Assembly (NCBI GenBank): GCA_019057865.1
Contig: JAHLWP010000014.1
Coordinates: forward strand, 23,462 to 87,461
DNA from: Promethearchaeota archaeon
GTDB lineage: Archaea > Asgardarchaeota > Lokiarchaeia > Sigyniarchaeales > SOKP01
Direction of reading: 5' to 3'
DNA: 64,000 bases
Positions 9,901 to 19,028 of the stretch are shown in pieces. Made by a program: the position numbers and the translations under genes. Within the stretch, counting starts at the first letter, position 1, and the number at the start of each line of letters is the position of its first letter. Below the pieces are notes generated by a model. The model was given only the letters and a program-made list of their open reading frames with translations. It was not told where the DNA came from and did not search any database.

Positions 9901-11490
9901 ATGAAAAAACAAATGCAAAGAATATTAGCCATAGTTCTTGTTGCAGTTATTGGTATTGGTATTGGCGTAGGTGCTTACTTTTTTCTAGCTACGGAAGCTT
10001 TTGAATATAAATGGGAAGCACCAGGGGCTCCTGAAGGAATTTCTCAAGACCGGATAATTAAGATTGGAGTACTCGATGATATGAACTATATTACCGGTAA
10101 AGGAGCATCTAACGGAGCTTGGTTGGCTGCTTATGAGATTAATACGAGAGGAGGTATAGAGATTGGCAATGAAACATATTATATAGGAGTAGCAACTGAA
10201 GACACTGAAGAGGCAAATCCTGCACTGGATCTTTCAAGAGGAGTTGCTGCTGCTGAAAGGTTGCTAAACTATAAAAAAGCCCAATTCTATCTTGGTGGAT
10301 TCAGAACAGAGGCATTACAAGCATACAGAGAAATTGTAATGTTAAAAAATAAACTCTTTATTGGTACAGGTAGCGCAACAGCAAAATTCTGCCAAGATGT
10401 TTGGGAGAACTATAATAAATACAAATATTATTTCAGGATTCAACCAATCAATGAAGTATTTCTTGCTGGAGAAGTTCTTAGAATGTTGATGGCCACAATA
10501 TATGATCAAAAAACAAACTTTGCTAGAAATATAACTAAAGTTGCAATTTTGAGAGAAGATTTAGCGTGGACAAAAAGAATGTCTGATAGTATTAATGGTC
10601 TTATGCCATTTTTCTCTATGTTTTTTTATGGTGATGGATATCTTGATCCAAAAACACTCACTGTTGTTGAAGAGATTGCTTATCCCCAAACTGCAGGAAA
10701 AGTTGACTTTTACGGGTATTGGGCAGATATTAAGGCTTCAGGAGCTGAAGTAACCATCCCGATAATCTCTGGACCTACTGGATTATATTATTCAGACGTA
10801 TATGGGGATACTAACCAGCCATCACTCTCATTAGGTATAAATGTTATGGGACAACAAAATATCTTCTGGGAACAAACTGGAGGAAATTGTGAATATGAAA
10901 TCTCGATGTGCAGTTTTATTAGACATAATAAAACACCCTATACAGTTACATTTTGGGATAATTATGTAGATCGTTTTGGTATTGCTCCTATCTATACTGC
11001 AATAGGTGCCTATGATGCTGTACTAACATATTCTGACGCTATATATAAAGCTCAATCAATAGATACAGATGACGTATTAGCCCAATTGGAGGTATCAGAA
11101 TTCCAGGGTGGGGTGGATTTAGCAAGCCGAGCTAGAACTGCAGGGACTATTTATCCCGATTTGGGATCCCCTACTGCCATATGGGGTGTTTGGACAGACG
11201 CGACCTATCCACGAGATATCGATAGTGCAACTGATGGACTTCAATTATCAAGACATGATACATTAGAAGGGTCAGATCCATTTGGACATGCAGTGTTTGT
11301 ACAATGGGTATATGATCCCCTCCATCCAACGTTAGGGAAATGGGAATGTGTTCCATTAGGAGCAATACCTGGTATTGCAGCAGACTATTTTCTAGGAGTC
11401 GGCGGGGCGGCCGCGGATTTGTCATCTTGGGAACCTCCAATGTATTCAGCAGATATTGTTACGGCAAATATAACATTTCCAGTTCGATAA
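9901..11490 (+). CDS. livK: LIV-type (HAAT) ABC transporter substrate-binding protein, membrane anchored
   Basis: N-terminal TM, KIGVL...GAWLAAYEINTRGG and AYDAV motifs of the LivJ/K fold; ATG 9901 is preferred over TTG 9862 because of symmetry with the duplicated promoter. Confidence 0.85.
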   Translation: MKKQMQRILAIVLVAVIGIGIGVGAYFFLATEAFEYKWEAPGAPEGISQDRIIKIGVLDDMNYITGKGASNGAWLAAYEINTRGGIEIGNETYYIGVATEDTEEANPALDLSRGVAAAERLLNYKKAQFYLGGFRTEALQAYREIVMLKNKLFIGTGSATAKFCQDVWENYNKYKYYFRIQPINEVFLAGEVLRMLMATIYDQKTNFARNITKVAILREDLAWTKRMSDSINGLMPFFSMFFYGDGYLDPKTLTVVEEIAYPQTAGKVDFYGYWADIKASGAEVTIPIISGPTGLYYSDVYGDTNQPSLSLGINVMGQQNIFWEQTGGNCEYEISMCSFIRHNKTPYTVTFWDNYVDRFGIAPIYTAIGAYDAVLTYSDAIYKAQSIDTDDVLAQLEVSEFQGGVDLASRARTAGTIYPDLGSPTAIWGVWTDATYPRDIDSATDGLQLSRHDTLEGSDPFGHAVFVQWVYDPLHPTLGKWECVPLGAIPGIAADYFLGVGGAAADLSSWEPPMYSADIVTANITFPVR

Positions 11491-11747
11491 TTTGAGCAAT
11501 ATTGTAAAATATTGATTAATTAAATTCTATTCTTTTTTTTTCTTTCTTTTATTAAAATCTAACAAATTATACTCTTTATATTAATCATTTTATCATTCCA
11601 GATCAAAAGAAGGAACAATCTTTACAAAAAGGTCTTTTTAAAAATGTTAAACAACTACCTTTATAAAAAATGGAGTAAAATTACAAATAATAAATAATTA
11701 AATAAAAATTAATAATTAATTAAAAAATCTCGCTAGGTTATGTTATT

Positions 11748-12632
11748 ATGATAACCGATATTATGCAAGTATTAATACTTGGGTCTGTACAAGGAGCAAT
11801 ATATATGTTGATTGCCGTAGGTTATTCTTTAGTGTACGGAGCTGGAGGAATTATGAATTTAGCTCATGGTGCATTTTACTTAATCGCGGGATATATATTA
11901 TATTGGTATTTAGGAAGTTTAGGTCTGTGGATGGCGGTTATTTTAGCATTAGTTGTTGTCACTCTTGTTGGAGGGATTTCATATATAGCACTTATTAAAC
12001 CGTTAGAAAAAAAAAGCCATTTAAGTGTTGTAATGATAACTTTTGCAATTGCCTTTTTTATAGAACAGATTGTAAGACTTGGATGTAATATACTCGGTTT
12101 CGAACAAGAATCTACTTTACCTAATTTAATAGAAATTAATGGAAAGGTTTCTTTTGAACTTCTTGGAATTCAAATTCCTTTTGATTATATTTTCATTCTG
12201 ATAATTTCTTTCCTTATTGTAGGTATAATAACGCTATTTATCAGCAAATCAAAGCTTGGTACATCAATTCGAGCTATTTCTCAAGATCGAGAGGCTGCCT
12301 CGCTTATGGGAATAAATGCTGATAGGGTTCTCATGTATACTGTAATGATTTCTGCCTTTCTTGCTGGTGTAGCTGGTGTTATATATGCTCCTGAAGGGGT
12401 ATTTCCATGGCAGGGATGGAATATCTTACTAAATTCGTTTGCTGTAGTGATTCTTGGAGGAATGGGAAGTCTTCCTGGTGCCGTACTTGGAGCTTTCATT
12501 TTATCATACACTAGTCATTTTACTCGAGTCTTTATAGATCCAGCTATTTCTACTTTAGTTCCCATGTTTGTTATCGTAGTGATGCTTGTGTTAAGACCTC
12601 GGGGAATCCTTGGAAAGAAGGAGATTGATTAA
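11748..12632 (+). CDS. livH: Branched-chain amino acid ABC transporter permease
   Basis: NLAHG, GTSIRAISQDREAASLMGIN, LGGMGSLPG and RPRG motifs. Confidence 0.95.
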   Translation: MITDIMQVLILGSVQGAIYMLIAVGYSLVYGAGGIMNLAHGAFYLIAGYILYWYLGSLGLWMAVILALVVVTLVGGISYIALIKPLEKKSHLSVVMITFAIAFFIEQIVRLGCNILGFEQESTLPNLIEINGKVSFELLGIQIPFDYIFILIISFLIVGIITLFISKSKLGTSIRAISQDREAASLMGINADRVLMYTVMISAFLAGVAGVIYAPEGVFPWQGWNILLNSFAVVILGGMGSLPGAVLGAFILSYTSHFTRVFIDPAISTLVPMFVIVVMLVLRPRGILGKKEID

Positions 12633-12676
12633 TTTACTGAAAAGAGGATAATAATAATTATAGGAGAAAAAGGAAA

Positions 12677-13912
12677 ATGCAAATAAGATTTCTTAATAGG
12701 ATAAAAGAAAATTCACTTCTCATTACTTATTTTACATTACTTTACTTGATTTTACTAGCTTACATACTTACTCTACTTTACTACTTTACTTATACTAGTT
12801 TAGTTTTCTCAACTATTCTTTACTTTACTTTGTTTTACTTTACTTTTCTTTACTTAGCTTTTAAATTTACTGAGTTATCAGCTGGAATAAAACGTAACAT
12901 TAAAGAAATACCTTCAGCAATGAGCCGTCTGAAGACTTGGCTTGGAACCTTCAAAGGAGGTTTAACTCTATTCTGTATGCTTATAATTGCAATTATCCCT
13001 TTATTGACTCAAAATGCTTATTATTTAGGGTCAATGTTTATCGTAGCTATGATATATACTATTTATGCAGCAAGTTGGGATTTTTTGGCAGGATATACTG
13101 GTCAAGTTAGTTTTGGTCAAGCTGCGTTTTTCGGATTTGCGGGATATGTCACAGCAGATTGTTTAATTATTCAAAATTGGCATTGGTTGCCTTCTCTATT
13201 TTTTGGAGCATTAATGGCAGTACTCATTAGTTTAATTATTGGTATTCCAGCACTAAGATTAAAAGGACCTTACCTTGCTTTAGGAACTTTGTCATTTGCC
13301 ATGATCTTATATCTTTTATTTGCAATGCCAGATATTCTATATGGTTCAGAAGGTTTATTTGGTGTTCCACGTTTATCAAACAATGTTGTCATTGAATATT
13401 ATTTTGTGTTTATTTTTGTGATTATATCACTAACAATTATGAAAGCGATTAGTAATTCAAAACTTGGTACTGTTTTTAAATCAATTCGAGACGATGAAAC
13501 AGGCGCAGAAGCTTCAGGGATTAATACAACGAAATACAAGATTCTAGCATTCATGATAAGTGCATTTTTTGCAGGGATAGCCGGTGGTTTTTTTACTATG
13601 CGCAATACAGCAGTCAGTGCTCAAATCTTTGGTTCTACATATTCATTTTACCCTATTGTGATGGTTGCTATAGGGGGAATAGCCACAATATCAGGAGCAG
13701 GAGTAGGTGCCTTTTTCTTCATATTTCTTATTGAAATACTAAGGGGTGTTGCAGATTTGGCTTGGCTTCCAGCAGGTGCTGCAGACTTTCTTGACGATGC
13801 ATTAATATTTTCTGTGCTTTTAATACTTGTAATTAGATTTGCGGGAACGGGAGTTTTGAAATCTGCTATTGAGCGCCTTAAAAATTTATGGGATATTTTA
13901 TTAGGTAGATAA
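12677..13912 (+). CDS. livM: Branched-chain amino acid ABC transporter permease with N-terminal low-complexity extension
   Basis: GYTGQVSFGQAAFFG, LRLKGPYLALGTL and IRDDETGAEASGIN motifs. Confidence 0.93.
   Translation: MQIRFLNRIKENSLLITYFTLLYLILLAYILTLLYYFTYTSLVFSTILYFTLFYFTFLYLAFKFTELSAGIKRNIKEIPSAMSRLKTWLGTFKGGLTLFCMLIIAIIPLLTQNAYYLGSMFIVAMIYTIYAASWDFLAGYTGQVSFGQAAFFGFAGYVTADCLIIQNWHWLPSLFFGALMAVLISLIIGIPALRLKGPYLALGTLSFAMILYLLFAMPDILYGSEGLFGVPRLSNNVVIEYYFVFIFVIISLTIMKAISNSKLGTVFKSIRDDETGAEASGINTTKYKILAFMISAFFAGIAGGFFTMRNTAVSAQIFGSTYSFYPIVMVAIGGIATISGAGVGAFFFIFLIEILRGVADLAWLPAGAADFLDDALIFSVLLILVIRFAGTGVLKSAIERLKNLWDILLGR
12724..12860 (+). repeat. Degenerate (TTTAC)n microsatellite in the 5' part of livM
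   Basis: Dense TTAC/TTTAC units encoding YFTLL-like peptides. Confidence 0.65.
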
Positions 13913-13951
13913 ATTTTCAAAATAAATTAACAATAGTATGTGAATTAAAAA

Positions 13952-14692
13952 ATGGGTGTTATTCTAGAAGTAAAAAATTTAACAAAAAAGTTTGGTGGGC
14001 TTACAGCAGTCAATGATTTTAGTTTTGAAATCGAGCGTGGAGAATTTATTGGCTTGATTGGCCCTAATGGTGCAGGGAAAACCACAGTTTTTAACTTAAT
14101 ATCAGGATTCGAGAGACCTAGCTCTGGTAGTATTCGATTTGATGGGATTAATATTACTAGCATGAGTCCTTATAAAATTGTTAATTTAGGGATTGCTCGA
14201 ACGTTCCAGTTAGTAAGGTCATTTAAATTCCTTACAATTCTTGATAATGTATCAGTTTCATGTCTTTCTCCAAGAGGTAAAGAAGTTTCTAAAGATATAG
14301 GTACAGAAGAGTATGCTAGCTCAATACTTACAGCTGTAGGTCTTGTAGATAAAGCTAGGATACCACCAATAGTATTACCACATGGAGATTTAAGAAAATT
14401 ACAAATTGGTAAAGCAATTGGAACCAATCCTCAATTACTTCTTCTTGATGAGCCATTTAGTGGTTTATCATACGAAGAACAATTGATTATTACTGATTTA
14501 ATTAAAAAATTACATGATGATGGTGTAACAATATTTATAACAGGTCATGTTTTACGTGAACTAATGACATTAGTTCCAAGAGTACTTGCAATGCATCAAG
14601 GTAAACTCATTGCTGATGGACCCCCTAGGGAGGTTGCAAGTCATAAAATTGTTCTAGAAGCATATTTAGGAAGAGGTGAAGGTTTTGCTTGA
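13952..14692 (+). CDS. livG: ABC transporter ATP-binding protein
   Basis: GPNGAGKTT, GIARTFQ, LLLLDEP, EAYLG. Confidence 0.95.
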   Translation: MGVILEVKNLTKKFGGLTAVNDFSFEIERGEFIGLIGPNGAGKTTVFNLISGFERPSSGSIRFDGINITSMSPYKIVNLGIARTFQLVRSFKFLTILDNVSVSCLSPRGKEVSKDIGTEEYASSILTAVGLVDKARIPPIVLPHGDLRKLQIGKAIGTNPQLLLLDEPFSGLSYEEQLIITDLIKKLHDDGVTIFITGHVLRELMTLVPRVLAMHQGKLIADGPPREVASHKIVLEAYLGRGEGFA

Positions 14693-15389
14693 ATTAAGAA
14701 AAATCTATCATTATTATGGAAGTGCAAAAGCGCTTGAGGAGGTTAATCTAGAAGTTGATGAAAAAGCGCTTGACGCTGTTATTGGACCAAATGGTGCTGG
14801 AAAGTCGACTCTTCTAAGAGTAATATCTGGTTTAGAAGAACCTGATAGAGGAAAAGTAATTTTTGAAGGAGAACGTATTGATGAGTTAGATGCTCATAAA
14901 ATTGCCAAAAAAGGAATTGCACATTGTCCAGAACGTCGAAGATTATTCTATGATCTATCTGTTCTTGAAAATCTTAAGATGGGATCATATGCATTAAAAG
15001 ATAAAAAAAAATTAAAAGGACTATTAGATTTTGTGTACGAAATATTTCCTCGTCTTAAAGAAAGAAAAAAGCAGCGAGCAGGAACATTAAGTGGAGGTGA
15101 ACAACAAATGTTAGCACTAGCTCGAGCAATCATGTCTAACCCTAAATTACTTTTATTAGATGAACCTTCTTTAGGGCTAGCTCCAAAAGTTAAAGCACAG
15201 ATTTTTAGTGCTATCCAAAAAATTAGAGATGAAGGCACAACTACCTTATTGGTTGAACAAGATGCTATGCTTGCTATGAATGTTGCAGATTATATTCACG
15301 TTCTTGAAGAGGGAAAAATCGAGATGAGAGGTACTAAAGAAGAACTAGAAAAAGAACCTCGAATAAAACAAGTATATTTAGGTATATAA
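14676..15389 (+). CDS. livF: ABC transporter ATP-binding protein
   Basis: GPNGAGKST, LSGGEQQML, LDEPSLGLAP, LVEQ. Confidence 0.95.
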   Translation: MKVLLELRKIYHYYGSAKALEEVNLEVDEKALDAVIGPNGAGKSTLLRVISGLEEPDRGKVIFEGERIDELDAHKIAKKGIAHCPERRRLFYDLSVLENLKMGSYALKDKKKLKGLLDFVYEIFPRLKERKKQRAGTLSGGEQQMLALARAIMSNPKLLLLDEPSLGLAPKVKAQIFSAIQKIRDEGTTTLLVEQDAMLAMNVADYIHVLEEGKIEMRGTKEELEKEPRIKQVYLGI

Positions 15390-15401
15390 GGTGGTTTAGA
15401 A

Positions 15402-16748
15402 ATGTCAATCCCATTAGATAAACTGTTAAGAGATGCTAGAGTTGATTTAGTACTTTCAAGAATTGAAAAAGATTCATCTATAATCAATGATGTAATAAAT
15501 TACTTAGATAGTGATATTCGATCTATTCGATTCAATTCTATATTTGTATTAGGAGAATTAAGTCAAAAATCTGAAGCAGCAATTTCTAAATTAATCGGAT
15601 GTTTGCAAGATACTGATTGGAGTATACGTCGTGAAACCGCACGAGCATTAGGAAAAATAGGAAAAATAGCTAATAATGCTGTTTCCCCATTGACTAAATT
15701 ATTAATGGATGAAGAGGTTTCAATTCGAAAGGAAGTTGCAACATCTTTAGGAAAAATATGTTATGCTTCAGATGAATGCATTTCCACTCTTATAAATACA
15801 TTAAAAGATCAAGATGAGGAAGTTCGGGCAGAAGCAGCAAAAGCTTTAGGAGAATTAGGTTCAGATGCTTATAATGCTATTCCAAATTTAATGAAAAGTA
15901 CTAAAGACGTAAGTTGGACTGTTAGAACAGCATCTGCTCAATCAATTAGTCTTATTGGAAGAGAATCTACTAAAGCGATACCTACATTAATAAATGCTCT
16001 TGAAGATGAAGATTGGCGAGTAAGGTATCGAGTTATTGACACCCTTGCAAAGATTGGAGAAGAAGTAATACCAAACGTTTTAGAAATTCTTAATCATAGA
16101 AATCCAACTGTCAGAAAAGGTGTTATCGAGGTTTTGGGGGAGTTAAGAATATCCAAACCCGAAATAATTAATAACTTAGCCAATATGTTATTTGATAAAG
16201 TTGAGAGTGTACGTGGAAAAGCTGTTGATGCACTTCGAAGTATTGGCAGAGAAGCAGTTCCTACTATAATTGAAGCAATGCAAAGATCTAATTCAGCAAT
16301 GAAAAGGCTTTTAATTTCTGGCCTTATGGGAATAGGTACAGATGCAAAAGTAGCAATCCCTACCCTAAGTGATATTTTAATAATTGAATCAACAAAAGCT
16401 TTTATTCGAGTTGAAGCAGCAAGAGCATTAGGTAAGATCGGGGAAGGTTCGGAAGAAGCAGTTAATGCTTTACAAGAATCTTTAACAGATAAAAAAGCGA
16501 TCGTAAGAAGAGAAGCAGCACTAGCTTTAGGTAAACTAGGTTCCTTTTCATCCGTAGCAGTTCCCTCATTAATAAAAGCATTAAATGACAAGAATCCGGA
16601 TGTAAGATGGAGAGCTTCTGAAGCATTAGGTTTAATTAAAGTAAATAATCCCGAAGTTATTTCTGGTTTGGAAGGGCTAGTGCATGATGTATGTGATTAC
16701 GTTTGCGAATCAGCTATAAATGCTCTCGATAATATTACTGAAGAATAA
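15402..16748 (+). CDS. HEAT (PBS lyase-type) repeat protein
   Basis: About 13 repeats of L.D.D..VR..AA.ALG.IG. Confidence 0.92.
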   Translation: MSIPLDKLLRDARVDLVLSRIEKDSSIINDVINYLDSDIRSIRFNSIFVLGELSQKSEAAISKLIGCLQDTDWSIRRETARALGKIGKIANNAVSPLTKLLMDEEVSIRKEVATSLGKICYASDECISTLINTLKDQDEEVRAEAAKALGELGSDAYNAIPNLMKSTKDVSWTVRTASAQSISLIGRESTKAIPTLINALEDEDWRVRYRVIDTLAKIGEEVIPNVLEILNHRNPTVRKGVIEVLGELRISKPEIINNLANMLFDKVESVRGKAVDALRSIGREAVPTIIEAMQRSNSAMKRLLISGLMGIGTDAKVAIPTLSDILIIESTKAFIRVEAARALGKIGEGSEEAVNALQESLTDKKAIVRREAALALGKLGSFSSVAVPSLIKALNDKNPDVRWRASEALGLIKVNNPEVISGLEGLVHDVCDYVCESAINALDNITEE

Positions 16749-16828
16749 TACTTAAAAATTTTATTGGTTTTTACAATTATAATGTTAATTTTTATATTTG
16801 AATTAAAAATAAGAGGTAATTAAGCAAA

Positions 16829-18514
16829 ATGAGTGAAAATCCGTATGCCGCAAAACCTTGGCTAAAACATTATGATGAGGGTGTTCCCACAGAAATCGAT
16901 TTTCCTGAAATGAATATTTATGAGTTTCTCGATAATTCCACAGCTGATTTTGGTGGACGAACAGCAATTTGGTTCTTGAAAAATAAAATATCGTATAAAA
17001 AGTTCAAAGATATTGCAGATAGATTAGCTACTGCTCTTGTAGATTTAGGTCTTAAGAAAGGTGATATTGTGGCTATATTGCTACCTAATTTCCCTCAATT
17101 CATGTTCGCTTTCTATGGTATCTTAAAAGCAGGAGGAATTGTGTCAGCATGCAGTGTTCTCCATACAGAACACGAATTAGCATATCAATTGAACGATTCT
17201 GGAGCAGAAATAATTATTGCATGGGATGCCCAAATAGAAAAAATTAACAACGTAAAGAATAGAACGCGTTTAAGGCATATAATCATAACTAATGTATTTG
17301 ATTATGGACCTAGTGCTCCCACTAGTCCACCTGAGATAGCAGGAACTATACAATTTTTAAACTTAATTCAAAAAACAAAACCAAATCCTCCTAAATTTGA
17401 AATTAATGCAAAAGAAGATATTGCTGTACTCCAATATACTGGAGGTACTACTGGCTTACCTAAAGGAGCAATGTTAACTCATTATAATCTTGTATCTAAT
17501 GCTCTAACTTTGGCTATTTGGATATCAAATGTAGCGCAGAGAGGAAAAGATACAGCACTTACAACTTTACCACTATTTCATATTTATGGGATGACGGTTT
17601 GTATGAATACATACATATATTATGGAACTACTATTGCTTTACACCCAGATCCTCGAGATCAAAAAGGATTATTTGAGGTAATCAAAGCAACTCAACCTAG
17701 CTTCTTTCCAGGTGTACCAACGATGTATATACGTCTCTTAGAAAGAGATGACCTTGAAGATTATGCTAAGGATCTTAGATCAATCAAAGTTTGCAATACT
17801 GGTGCTGCTCCTATGCCTCCAGAAGTTCTTAAGGAGTTTGAGGAAAGAACTGGAGCTACAATAATTGAAGGATATGGATTGACAGAGGCTTCCCCAGTGA
17901 CTCATGCTAATCCATTTGCAGGAACAAGAAAAATAGGTTCTGTAGGTCTTGCATTGCCAAATACTGAAACTAAAATCGTTGATATTGATGATTACACTAA
18001 GATTGTCCCTATTGGTGAAACAGGTGAGATAATGATTAAAGGTCCTCAAATTATGAAAGGATATTGGAATAAACCAGAAGAAACAGCTAATCAACTGAAA
18101 GAGGGATGGCTTTTGACAGGTGATATTGGAAAACTAGATGAGGATGGCTATCTATACATTGTTGATAGGAAAAAAGATATGATAAATATTAGTGGATTCA
18201 AAGTATACCCAAGAGAAGTTGAAGATGTTCTATTTGAACATGAAGCTGTTGAAAATGCATCGATTATAGGAATTCCTGATCCAGAACTACCAGGTAGTGA
18301 ACATGTAAAAGCATATATAGTATTAAAGGATGGATATAAAGAAACTGAAGAGATACAAAATGAAATCAAAGAATTCCTTAGAAAGAATGTAGCTCCCTAC
18401 AAGGTTCCGAAATATATAGAATTCAGAAAAGAACTTCCAGAAACATTAGTGGGTAAAGTTCTTAGAAAGGATTTAAAAGAGATAGAAGCAAAAAGACGCG
18501 GAGAAGAAGTATAA
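16829..18514 (+). CDS. fadD: Long-chain fatty acid--CoA ligase
   Basis: YTGGTTGLPKG, EGYGLTE, TGDIG, DRKKDMI and GKVLR AMP-binding motifs. Confidence 0.92.
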   Translation: MSENPYAAKPWLKHYDEGVPTEIDFPEMNIYEFLDNSTADFGGRTAIWFLKNKISYKKFKDIADRLATALVDLGLKKGDIVAILLPNFPQFMFAFYGILKAGGIVSACSVLHTEHELAYQLNDSGAEIIIAWDAQIEKINNVKNRTRLRHIIITNVFDYGPSAPTSPPEIAGTIQFLNLIQKTKPNPPKFEINAKEDIAVLQYTGGTTGLPKGAMLTHYNLVSNALTLAIWISNVAQRGKDTALTTLPLFHIYGMTVCMNTYIYYGTTIALHPDPRDQKGLFEVIKATQPSFFPGVPTMYIRLLERDDLEDYAKDLRSIKVCNTGAAPMPPEVLKEFEERTGATIIEGYGLTEASPVTHANPFAGTRKIGSVGLALPNTETKIVDIDDYTKIVPIGETGEIMIKGPQIMKGYWNKPEETANQLKEGWLLTGDIGKLDEDGYLYIVDRKKDMINISGFKVYPREVEDVLFEHEAVENASIIGIPDPELPGSEHVKAYIVLKDGYKETEEIQNEIKEFLRKNVAPYKVPKYIEFRKELPETLVGKVLRKDLKEIEAKRRGEEV

Positions 18515-18614
18515 ACTAAAATTTTAAATATAATTATTTTTCTTAAACATTTTTCAGTATTTACAAAGTGAAATAAAAATAATTATTACTGAAAACAAAA
18601 ATACCCAAAATTTC

Positions 18615-18788
18615 TTAAGTTAAATTACTTTTTTTCCATTTTGTCATAAAATCTTTAAAGCTTTCACCAGAAATACCGAGAGAATTAACTGCTTTATCTT
18701 CATTATCAAGACTATTCTTTGATTTTTTTTTGAAAGTTAATTCCCAATCATAATATGAAAGTGAATTTGATGAAGCTGCTTTTGACAT
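18615..18788 (-). CDS. Small hypothetical protein (57 aa; not in the ORF track)
   Basis: Manual translation MSKAASSNSLSYYDWELTFKKKSKNSLDNEDKAVNSLGISGESFKDFMTKWKKSNLT; fills the gap downstream of polB2. Confidence 0.5.
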   Translation of the reverse strand: MSKAASSNSLSYYDWELTFKKKSKNSLDNEDKAVNSLGISGESFKDFMTKWKKSNLT

Positions 18789-19028
18789 GATCTTATAATT
18801 TCTCTTATACCTAATAAATTAATACAGAGTATTGGTTTTTTATTAACCAAAAAAGTAATACAAATTTGTATATTTAGATTTAAGTTTTTTGTCAAATTTT
18901 CGTACCAAAAGAACGAATTAGACAATTTAGTATGCTTATTTTTCCATGAAGTGTTCTAAATAGTCCCGACAAAAAAGAAGTTTAAATTGAAATGAATAAA
19001 TTTTATGAACAAAACGATAATCATATAA

